Shown in pieces: positions 50,696-57,772 of a stretch of 57,772 nt of DNA. The stretch is from positions 1 through 57,772 of IMG/VR virus record IMGVR_UViG_3300032315_000416; one strand, given 5' to 3'. A program made the translations under genes and the position numbers. The DNA comes from a virus. Lineage: Duplodnaviria > Caudoviricetes. The notes beneath the pieces were generated by a model. The model saw nothing but the letters and a program-made list of their open reading frames with translations. It was not told the DNA's origin and searched no databases. The stretch's first letter is position 1, and each line of letters begins with the position of its first letter.

Positions 50696-50969
50696 TGTGC
50701 AAAAGAGAGCATATGACCGTTTTATTCGGATTCGCAATCAGATACGGGATTCGAATGAATGGATACCGGCCAAAGATGTGCTTAGGACGGTAGATGTAGT
50801 CGGAATGAACCATCCGCTCTTTGAGATGAATGATTTGTACTTGGAATACCAAGAAGCATTTCGGGATTGGCTAGCGGTAGAGCCAGAGTACCGTAAAGTA
50901 GAGCGTATGAGTGCTATACGGGGTGATTATGGAGTAGCAGATACTTGGGAGAAACCAATTGCAGAATAG
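50685..50969 (+). CDS. Hypothetical protein
   Basis: GAGGAG RBS before MMTDVQ. Confidence 0.65.
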   Translation: MMTDVQKRAYDRFIRIRNQIRDSNEWIPAKDVLRTVDVVGMNHPLFEMNDLYLEYQEAFRDWLAVEPEYRKVERMSAIRGDYGVADTWEKPIAE

Positions 50970-51165
50970 TAAGGTGGCAGTACCAGCAGACATATACAAC
51001 AAAGACGGCCAACTGGTCAAGATCGAGTTCACTACCCCATCCGGCGAGCATATTATAGACGCCATGTGGGATGCTAGCGAGGAACAGACCAGTGAAAACA
51101 GGGTAAAGTTCAGGGAATGGGCATACCGCATGATTAAACAAAAGGACTATGAAGTAAAGACATAA
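50959..51165 (+). CDS. Hypothetical protein
   Basis: GGAG RBS; overlaps the upstream stop. Confidence 0.6.
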   Translation: MQNSKVAVPADIYNKDGQLVKIEFTTPSGEHIIDAMWDASEEQTSENRVKFREWAYRMIKQKDYEVKT

Positions 51166-51221
51166 AGCTATTAAGAATCATTCGCATTTGGAGTACCAAG
51201 AATCAAGGACTTACAGCATCA

Positions 51222-51429
51222 TTGTCAGGATTGTCAGGGTAGTACGGGTTAATTCCAGTTGGGGCCTCCCTTACGTTTTTTATTTTTTTAAATAAAAAGA
51301 AAAAAGAGAGATAGACCCGTACTACTAGTACTACCCTGACACACATAATCTAAGTGCTTGATTTTTGGTCCGCCAAATGAGAATCATTCTCATTAACTGT
51401 GTCAGGATAGTATGGATGCACTGCAACAT
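51222..51429. repeat. Origin-like direct repeat, copy 2
   Basis: Aligns with 44418-44624; ends 25 nt before the primase-helicase start. Confidence 0.85.
51376..51394. promoter_or_regulatory. Fur-box-like perfect palindrome AATGAGAAT-C-ATTCTCATT
   Basis: 9-1-9 dyad; a 16/19 variant lies at 51170-51188. Confidence 0.65.
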
Positions 51430-51454
51430 ATAAAAACCAATATACAATACACCT

Positions 51455-53761
51455 ATGAAACCAACAACACTACCAGTCCTGTTTGAAAATATACCCATGG
51501 AGCTCAAGCGCGTGCCTAGATGGGTACTGTGGCAATTTGTGCAAGTCGGCAGTGAGGGCAATCAGCGATGGTCAAAGCTGCCCACACAAGTAACAGGCCA
51601 ATCTGCCTCCTCAACCAACCCAGCAACCTGGTCAGACTTCTTGACCGTCCAAGCCGCGTATCAGGCCGATCCAGAGCGCTTCAGTGGCGTGGGCTTTGTG
51701 TTTTCCGAAGACGACGATTTAGTAGGCATCGACTTAGACGATGTGTATGATCACCACACCAACCGTTTCATAAATGCTGCAATGCAGCAATTAGCCCATA
51801 ACGTCCAAGGGTACATGGAGGTCAGCCCGTCCGGCACAGGCGTTAAGATATTCACCCGCTCCCAGCCATTCGCCTCGCATGCCGACCATGCCATTGGATT
51901 CGAGGCCTACTCCAAGGGGCGTTTCTTTACGGTCACCGGCCAATACATCTCCGGTACTATCCCCGAAGAGCTCCAAGACTTGACCAGTATCATACCCGCT
52001 CGAACCATGCGGCAGACTGGTGATGCGTTTGAGGACTACAACCCACCAGTGGCCGGATATGACATCCATCGCATCGAGACCGAGATACTAGCCAAGCTAG
52101 ATCCCGAGTGTGGTTACCATGAGTGGCTACGCATCGGGGCGATTCTGCACCACCAGTCCGGCGGTGACGTAGAGATGCTAGAGGCATGGGATAGATGGTC
52201 AGCTCAGGGCTCATCGTACACCGACAGTGGCGATTACTCCTGTGAGGCTAAGTGGAAGACATTCAAAGGGTCAGGCGCGACTCTGCGCTCACTGATATTC
52301 ATCATCAACCAACAGGATCGCCAGGAGTCGCTAGATCGCGGTGAGATTATCCTGGATAACGGGGCAATGAACCATGCCCGTACATTCCTAGATAATTTCT
52401 TTTCTTCTGAGGAAGGGTACAGATTAGTTCACTATGCGCAGGAGTTCTATCTGCACTGCACGACGCATTACGAGATCATCGAAGAGGCCACCATCCGTGC
52501 CAAACTGTACGCGTTCTTAGACAAGTGCAAGAAGGCAGGCAAGCAGGGCGCGTTAACACCATTCAACCCTGCACCGGCTACAGTCAGCGCGGCACTGGAC
52601 GCGATCAAGTCGATCACGCACTTACCCAATCACGCCAACACCAAGCCGCCTATTTGGCTAGATCAGTACGCAGCAAATAAACCCGATGCTGCTAAGTTAA
52701 TCTCGCTTAAGAACGGCCTGTTTCACTTGGAGGATTCGTTACTCATACCGCACTCACTGGGATTCTTTACGCAGAACTCGCTGCCATTCGCTTACAACCA
52801 AGGCGCAGACTGCCCGACATGGATTCAGTTCTTGCAGTCGGTATGGCCTAATGATCCTGAGTCGATTGCCTGCCTGCAAGAGATGTTTGGTTACATCATC
52901 TCCGGCGACACAAGGCAGCAGAAATTCTTTAACTTAATTGGACCACGCAGGTCAGGCAAAGGCACAATCAACAAGGTGCTCGTTGACATCCTTGGCCAGC
53001 ACAATACCGTCGCACCACAACTGGAGGAGCTCTGTGACACATTCGGACTACAACCATGGCTGGGTAAACTACTTGCTTCTTTTACCGACGCTCGCGCTCC
53101 TGAGCGTAATCGTAGTGCTGTGGTGTCTCAGTTACTGCGGATTGTGGGCGGCGATACGGTTACAGTCAATCGTAAAAACAAAGACGCATGGAACGGCTAC
53201 CTCCCAACGCGAATCGTAATCTACTCCAATGAGGCATTGCAGCTAACAGAGAACTCTAATGCGCTCACCGGCCGTATGCTGGTGCTTAAGATGACTAGAT
53301 CGTTTTACGGCCAAGAAGATACCGACCTGTCACACAAGCTATCCGCGGAGCTGTCGGGTATCTTTAACTGGGCAATGGAAGGACTCAAACGTCGCTTAGC
53401 ACGCGGCGGCCACTTCATCCAGCCTAAGACCGGCGTTGAGCTGATCGAGCTCATGGCGCAGTTAGGTAACCCGATCGGATCGTTTATTGAAGATGCATTA
53501 GTGTTTGAACCAGAGGCAGAGGTATCGAAGTACGATGTGTTTTTGTGTTATAAACACTGGGCAGTCAAGAAGAACATCGTGCCAGGTACAGAGCTCGCAT
53601 TTAAACGTCGTTTCTTGGCAGCAGCACAGGAGCATTTTATTGAATCAGGACTAGATCGTACGTCGGGCAATCGTACCCACATTTACCGCGGCGTAAAATT
53701 AAATCAGAAGGCACAGAAATACATTGATGACAACATTACATTTGACGAAGGAGTATTTTAA
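51455..53761 (+). CDS. Primase-polymerase + PriCT-2 + D5/SF3 helicase (P4 alpha-like)
   Basis: GIDLDD, EVSPSGTG, RFFTVTG; Y.EW..IG..LH...WD.WS; GPRRSGKGT; G.D.V.VNRKNK. Confidence 0.92.
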   Translation: MKPTTLPVLFENIPMELKRVPRWVLWQFVQVGSEGNQRWSKLPTQVTGQSASSTNPATWSDFLTVQAAYQADPERFSGVGFVFSEDDDLVGIDLDDVYDHHTNRFINAAMQQLAHNVQGYMEVSPSGTGVKIFTRSQPFASHADHAIGFEAYSKGRFFTVTGQYISGTIPEELQDLTSIIPARTMRQTGDAFEDYNPPVAGYDIHRIETEILAKLDPECGYHEWLRIGAILHHQSGGDVEMLEAWDRWSAQGSSYTDSGDYSCEAKWKTFKGSGATLRSLIFIINQQDRQESLDRGEIILDNGAMNHARTFLDNFFSSEEGYRLVHYAQEFYLHCTTHYEIIEEATIRAKLYAFLDKCKKAGKQGALTPFNPAPATVSAALDAIKSITHLPNHANTKPPIWLDQYAANKPDAAKLISLKNGLFHLEDSLLIPHSLGFFTQNSLPFAYNQGADCPTWIQFLQSVWPNDPESIACLQEMFGYIISGDTRQQKFFNLIGPRRSGKGTINKVLVDILGQHNTVAPQLEELCDTFGLQPWLGKLLASFTDARAPERNRSAVVSQLLRIVGGDTVTVNRKNKDAWNGYLPTRIVIYSNEALQLTENSNALTGRMLVLKMTRSFYGQEDTDLSHKLSAELSGIFNWAMEGLKRRLARGGHFIQPKTGVELIELMAQLGNPIGSFIEDALVFEPEAEVSKYDVFLCYKHWAVKKNIVPGTELAFKRRFLAAAQEHFIESGLDRTSGNRTHIYRGVKLNQKAQKYIDDNITFDEGVF

Positions 53762-53762
53762 A

Positions 53763-53915
53763 ATGACGGATCAAGAACAAGAATTTGCATTTGCACTAGC
53801 CGCTGTAATGGGGTTGGTGGCTCGAGGCGCAACGCCAGCAGAGGTGCGCGACACAGCATGGCTCTATGCACAGTTTGCGATGCTGGGTAAGCCAGTATGT
53901 GAAGACACAAAATGA
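53763..53915 (+). CDS. Small hypothetical protein
   Basis: AAGGAG RBS before MTDQEQ. Confidence 0.6.
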   Translation: MTDQEQEFAFALAAVMGLVARGATPAEVRDTAWLYAQFAMLGKPVCEDTK

Positions 53916-54514
53916 AAGCCATCGTCATTGCCACAGTGGATGGTAAGTGCATACCGGTACTATCTAAAAGCATAGAGATGTATGTGCCAGATAGTGTAGA
54001 AGTTATCATCCACAAAAACAACGCCGGCAACTTTGGCGATGCGTACAACCACATCGTCAACAAGGCGTTTATGTCACACGACGAGATTATTGTGGCCAAT
54101 GACGACATCGTGCTAAATCCGGACAGCTACCGTAAGTTGCTGGAGGATGTTAACTACCTTACACAACAAAAAATTAAGCTAGGCTGGTTGGTGGCAAGAA
54201 CGGACTACGCAAGGCCCAACCAACAGTTTTTTCATTTAGATCCAAACTTAATCCATGCAGCACAACGTTGCTCACCGCTGTTTGGTTACGTACACATACA
54301 GGCATGGATAGACTACCCACCGATTAACTGGTACTCGGACGACATCCAGTGCATTGACATGGCCAGCAAAGGGTACCAACACTTTGTATCCAGGTCGTAC
54401 GTGCACCATGTAGGCAGCCAAACGATTGGCATGGACAACCAAAAGAACCACCTTGACTCTGAGCAATGGATCAGGGATAATAGGCCAGAACTACACCGTG
54501 AATGGTACAAGTGA
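53912..54514 (+). CDS. GT2-like glycosyltransferase
   Basis: NFGDAYN, VANDDIVL, WYSDD and YVHHVGSQT motifs. Confidence 0.8.
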   Translation: MKAIVIATVDGKCIPVLSKSIEMYVPDSVEVIIHKNNAGNFGDAYNHIVNKAFMSHDEIIVANDDIVLNPDSYRKLLEDVNYLTQQKIKLGWLVARTDYARPNQQFFHLDPNLIHAAQRCSPLFGYVHIQAWIDYPPINWYSDDIQCIDMASKGYQHFVSRSYVHHVGSQTIGMDNQKNHLDSEQWIRDNRPELHREWYK

Positions 54515-54515
54515 T

Positions 54516-54635
54516 ATGAGCTTCACCATCTACCAAGCAAACGGCCTTCGCTGCATTCAATGGTTCCCAAATATAGAGACCCTGATAGCACACATGATTA
54601 AAAACCCTAACGATAGGTACCATAGAAACGTATGA
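54516..54635 (+). CDS. Small hypothetical protein (39 aa)
   Basis: Fills the gap; ATGA overlap with the next gene. Confidence 0.5.
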   Translation: MSFTIYQANGLRCIQWFPNIETLIAHMIKNPNDRYHRNV

Positions 54636-55237
54636 AGAAAAAGGCACCGTACTACATTGCAGACACTGGGCACTTTGGTATCAAGATCAAGGTGTGCTTT
54701 GATGATGCGTCATTCCAGCAGGCCGTGCGCGATTCCAAGATAACAACCCGCCATCAGTCACTTGATATTGGCCTGGCGGAATCGCACTTCATCGAACAAG
54801 AAGGCACCATGCACGCCATGCTGGCCATCGTGTTTAATTTTGATGAGATGGAAAAGTGCGACGCGTTAGAGCGCATGGGCGTTATCTACCATGAGGTATC
54901 GCACACAGTCACCCATGTGTTTGAGTACATTGGCGAGGACGAGCAAAAGATTGGTGATGAGTCGCGTTCGTATTTAGGCGAGCACATTTTCAAGCAAGTA
55001 TTTTCGATCTATGCAACAGAGGAAGACAAACGTGAGCGTACTAGAGAAAGAAATAGAAAGTCACCTGACAAAGAAAATCAAGCAGTTATCGGGGCTCTCA
55101 TTCAAATGGCAGAGCAGCGTGACGGGGGTGCCGGATCGGATAGTATTCTTGAATCAGAAAGCGTATCTAGTCGAACTAAAAACAGCAACAGGGGTTCTAA
55201 GTCCAAGACAAGTCGTCGTGTTCGACGAACTGGGTGA
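54632..55237 (+). CDS. HExxH-motif protein (putative zincin-like metalloprotein)
   Basis: IYHEVSHTVTHVFE...E..SY motif. Confidence 0.6.
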   Translation: MKKKAPYYIADTGHFGIKIKVCFDDASFQQAVRDSKITTRHQSLDIGLAESHFIEQEGTMHAMLAIVFNFDEMEKCDALERMGVIYHEVSHTVTHVFEYIGEDEQKIGDESRSYLGEHIFKQVFSIYATEEDKRERTRERNRKSPDKENQAVIGALIQMAEQRDGGAGSDSILESESVSSRTKNSNRGSKSKTSRRVRRTG

Positions 55238-55310
55238 GCAAGGCTTCCCAGTACATATTCTTCGAAGCAAAGAAGACGTCGAGGATTTTATTGAGGGCGC
55301 TTTAGCATGA
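55032..55310 (+). CDS. VRR-NUC nuclease (Holliday junction resolvase-like)
   Basis: LEKEIE, GVPDRIV, LVELK..TG.LSP.Q; GTG start after GAGGAAG. Confidence 0.88.
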   Translation: MSVLEKEIESHLTKKIKQLSGLSFKWQSSVTGVPDRIVFLNQKAYLVELKTATGVLSPRQVVVFDELGEQGFPVHILRSKEDVEDFIEGALA

Positions 55311-55324
55311 TATTTTGCATTAGT
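55295..55324 (+). promoter_or_regulatory. Late promoter-like element 8 (the only plus-strand copy found)
   Basis: GGGCG-N16-TGCATTAGT upstream of the HNH-type endonuclease. Confidence 0.75.
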
Positions 55325-55418
55325 AGTAGTAGAGGAAGCGAAAAGGTTTGCAAGCCCTGTTTGTGCCGTTAACACAAACTAGCGCCTCTACTATCAACTA
55401 CTTTAACGGAGTATCAAA

Positions 55419-56078
55419 ATGAAACGACTCAATCCCACCACAGGTTTACCTTTTAAATCCGGAGACATACGAGAAGACGGCCGAGTATTTAACCAATACC
55501 GTTGCAGTAAATTAGATAAAAATGGATTTTTTAAAGAATGTTGGTTAACTCCCGAATCGCATAAGAGAGCTAGATTTGATTGTCAATCCGGCGATACAAG
55601 GACGATTTCAAATTTCTCAATTAATTTATTACATTCCGCAATAGGAAGATGCAAAGGAAGTCCGGCAAGAACCAAATCAGGAAGACCACCAACAAATGGA
55701 AAGGTTACTATAGATAAACAGTGGATATTGGATCGCTTAGAAAAAGGAATTTGTGAAGCGACAGGAGATAAATTAACAATTTTACCTAGAAAAAATAACA
55801 CGGCCTCATTGGATAGGGTAGATAGTAATAATCCAGATTACACACCAGAAAATTGCAGAATAGTTACTTGGCAGTATAATAATATGCGGGGCGCGTATAC
55901 TGATGAAGAATTTATCGCCGTAGCTGAGAAGGTTAAAAATGTTAAAAAGAAATCAATTACATCCCTATCAATTAGCAATAGTGGAAAAAGCCAAAACAAC
56001 TCCGAACATAGGGCTTCTGCTTTGCCCGGGTTTGGGCAAGACGACGACCACCCTCACCATCATTGCGGAACAATTTAA
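55419..56078 (+). CDS. HNH-type (His-Me finger) putative homing endonuclease
   Basis: CEATG...ASLDRVDSNNPDYTPENCRIV....NNMRG; AT-rich relative to neighbours. Confidence 0.75.
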   Translation: MKRLNPTTGLPFKSGDIREDGRVFNQYRCSKLDKNGFFKECWLTPESHKRARFDCQSGDTRTISNFSINLLHSAIGRCKGSPARTKSGRPPTNGKVTIDKQWILDRLEKGICEATGDKLTILPRKNNTASLDRVDSNNPDYTPENCRIVTWQYNNMRGAYTDEEFIAVAEKVKNVKKKSITSLSISNSGKSQNNSEHRASALPGFGQDDDHPHHHCGTI

Positions 56079-57273
56079 AGGCAAGACACTGATCATCGCG
56101 CCCAAACGGGTAGCAGAGACAGTATGGGACACCGAGGTAAAGAAGTGGGAGCACCTAGCACACCTAAAAGTCAGCAAGATAATGGGAACGCCTACGGCAA
56201 GATTGTCAGCTATGAAGAGCTCTGCAGACATATATTTGGTAAACCTTGAGAACGTGGCATGGCTTTGTAGCCTTTCAGATAAGTTAGTGTTCACTAACTT
56301 AGTAATAGATGAATCCAGCCGGTTTAAGGATTCAAGCACCAAGCGTTTTAAGGCACTTAAGAAGCATTTAAAGGGCTTCTCACGGCGTTTAATCTTAACG
56401 GGTACACCCACCCCTCAAAGCATGCAGGATTTATGGTCCCAGGTTGGTATATTGGACTTAGGAGAGCGTTTGGAGACGTCCCTGACCAAGTTCCGCGACA
56501 AGTACATGCAGCCAGACCAAATGAACCGGCATACCCGAGTAGTTTACTCGTGGAAGCTGCAGCCAGGCGCGGATCTAATATTGAATCAAAAGATATCGGA
56601 TATCTGCTATAGCCTCAAGGCCGAGGATTACCTGCAGCTGCCGGAGTGTACCAAGCTGTACCACAGTATTGAATTAGATAAAAACGTAAGGGGTCAGTAT
56701 GAACAACTTAAGAAAGACATGGTCGCTGATATCAAGGGGGAAAGGATTACAGCTCCAACAGCAGCAACACTTGCGGGGAAACTCATCCAGTTCACATCAG
56801 GCTCAGTGTATGATGAACAAGGTGAAGCACACGAAGTACATCGTTCTAAGCTGGAACGTCTTGAGTCGATCATGGAGGAATCTAGCTCCCCGACACTCGT
56901 ATTCTATCATTTCAAACACGCACTTCAGAAGTTACGCTTGGCTTTCCCCGAGGCGGTGGTGCTGGATGACGACAACATTGAGGCGTGGCGTGATGGCAAA
57001 ATTCGTATGCTCCTTGCCCACCCCCAGTCAGGAGGAATTGGCCTTAATCTACAGTGCAACGTTGGAGACACAGCACAAACAGTGTGGTTCGACCTCCCCT
57101 GGTCCTCTGAGAACTATATCCAGGCGAACGCCCGGATTTACCGCCAAGGGCAAGAAAAGCCGGTTATCATACACCATCTAACGGTGGCCAAGAGTATTGA
57201 TGAGCATGTAGTAAAAGTATTAGAAGGTAAAATTAACTTACAGGAAGCCTTGCTGGACTCGCTAGTAATATGA
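55939..57273 (+). CDS. SNF2-family (SF2) helicase
   Basis: PGLGKT, VIDESS, LTGTP, GIGLNLQ and QANARIYRQGQ motifs. Confidence 0.92.
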   Translation: MLKRNQLHPYQLAIVEKAKTTPNIGLLLCPGLGKTTTTLTIIAEQFKGKTLIIAPKRVAETVWDTEVKKWEHLAHLKVSKIMGTPTARLSAMKSSADIYLVNLENVAWLCSLSDKLVFTNLVIDESSRFKDSSTKRFKALKKHLKGFSRRLILTGTPTPQSMQDLWSQVGILDLGERLETSLTKFRDKYMQPDQMNRHTRVVYSWKLQPGADLILNQKISDICYSLKAEDYLQLPECTKLYHSIELDKNVRGQYEQLKKDMVADIKGERITAPTAATLAGKLIQFTSGSVYDEQGEAHEVHRSKLERLESIMEESSSPTLVFYHFKHALQKLRLAFPEAVVLDDDNIEAWRDGKIRMLLAHPQSGGIGLNLQCNVGDTAQTVWFDLPWSSENYIQANARIYRQGQEKPVIIHHLTVAKSIDEHVVKVLEGKINLQEALLDSLVI

Positions 57274-57575
57274 CAAATATACACAAAATTAAAGCGGTAA
57301 CCCCGCGTCTCTCGGATGAGGATCCAGATCCATTGGAGCAAGACGACGCGCCAGACGGATACCATTTATTACAAGAGGGCTGGCTTATTTGGGATGCCGA
57401 TGATATAATTGATATTCGTAAAATAATTGATACCAAGATGCCAACAAAGCAGCGGTTTGTTTTGGAGGCGTTTCTCAACGGTAATTCGTATTACGACATT
57501 GGAGTCAGTGAAAAGTATTGGCGGTATCACTTTGCCAAGGGCATTGAGTTTATTAAAAAGGAGCTAGAGCTATGA
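57270..57575 (+). CDS. Sigma70 region-4-like HTH protein
   Basis: MPTKQRFVLEAFLNGNSYYDIGVSEKYWRYHFAKGIEFIKKEL resembles the sigma-4 pattern LP.RQR.V..L....G.SY.EI....G.S...V....RA...L. Confidence 0.55.
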   Translation: MTNIHKIKAVTPRLSDEDPDPLEQDDAPDGYHLLQEGWLIWDADDIIDIRKIIDTKMPTKQRFVLEAFLNGNSYYDIGVSEKYWRYHFAKGIEFIKKELEL

Positions 57576-57766
57576 CGTATTTTGTTGTGGAACATGAGCG
57601 TAACGGCCCTCATTGTATAGACATTGTGACCGGCGTTGAGGATATCGATACAAATGATTACCAGCCATTCATTGGTTTGTGGGTATGCGATTCAGAACAA
57701 GAGGCGCGTATTATGGAAAACGAATTACGAAAGATGCGCAATGAACGATCCAGTCAACCATCCTAA
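57572..57766 (+). CDS. Hypothetical protein
   Basis: AGGAG RBS; ATGA overlap. Confidence 0.65.
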   Translation: MTYFVVEHERNGPHCIDIVTGVEDIDTNDYQPFIGLWVCDSEQEARIMENELRKMRNERSSQPS

Positions 57767-57772
57767 GCACTA
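57741..57772 (+). CDS. Start of a DUF3310 (SaV-like) protein, truncated by the window end
   Basis: ATG AAC GAT CCA GTC AAC CAT CCT AAG CAC TA encodes MNDPVNHPKH(Y), the signature N-terminus of this family. Confidence 0.65.
   Translation, partial: MNDPVNHPKH

Noticed and set aside
44418-51429. Composite transposon or integrated element bounded by direct repeats
   Set aside because: No transposase or integrase, the repeats have iteron/AT-core architecture, and the enclosed genes are typical phage early genes.

Overview
This window covers most of the genome of a tailed dsDNA phage, probably lytic and podovirus-like. No tape measure, sheath, integrase, tRNA or CRISPR was seen, and the window is truncated at both ends. 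A ~43.4 kb minus-strand late arm (932-44346) encodes terminase, portal, GroES, scaffold, major capsid, adaptor/tail proteins, fibres, lysis genes and ejection proteins. A plus-strand early/replication arm (45428-57772, plus the C-terminal part of a family A DNA polymerase at 2-931) encodes many small early genes, a sigma factor, a primase-helicase, VRR-NUC, an HNH-type endonuclease and a SNF2 helicase. Most notable observations: (1) a virion-modification cassette among the fibre genes, with a compact kinase + HxGH nucleotidyltransferase fusion (candidate mini PAPS synthase), two sulfotransferase domains, glycosyltransferases, a methyltransferase, four RCC1 beta-propellers and a Thr-rich collagen fibre; (2) eight exactly spaced GGGCG-N16-TGCATTAGT elements (candidate late promoters, several doubling as terminator hairpins), with a sigma factor lacking region 4 and a separate region-4-like gene; (3) a free-standing, catalytically eroded intein/LAGLIDADG protein in the usual TerS position; (4) an A_AAA_AAG -1 frameshift signal with a downstream hairpin in an xxGG-repeat protein; (5) two ~207 bp origin-like direct repeats, each with a perfect Fur-box-like palindrome. 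All functional calls come from motif recognition by eye; no database searches were run.
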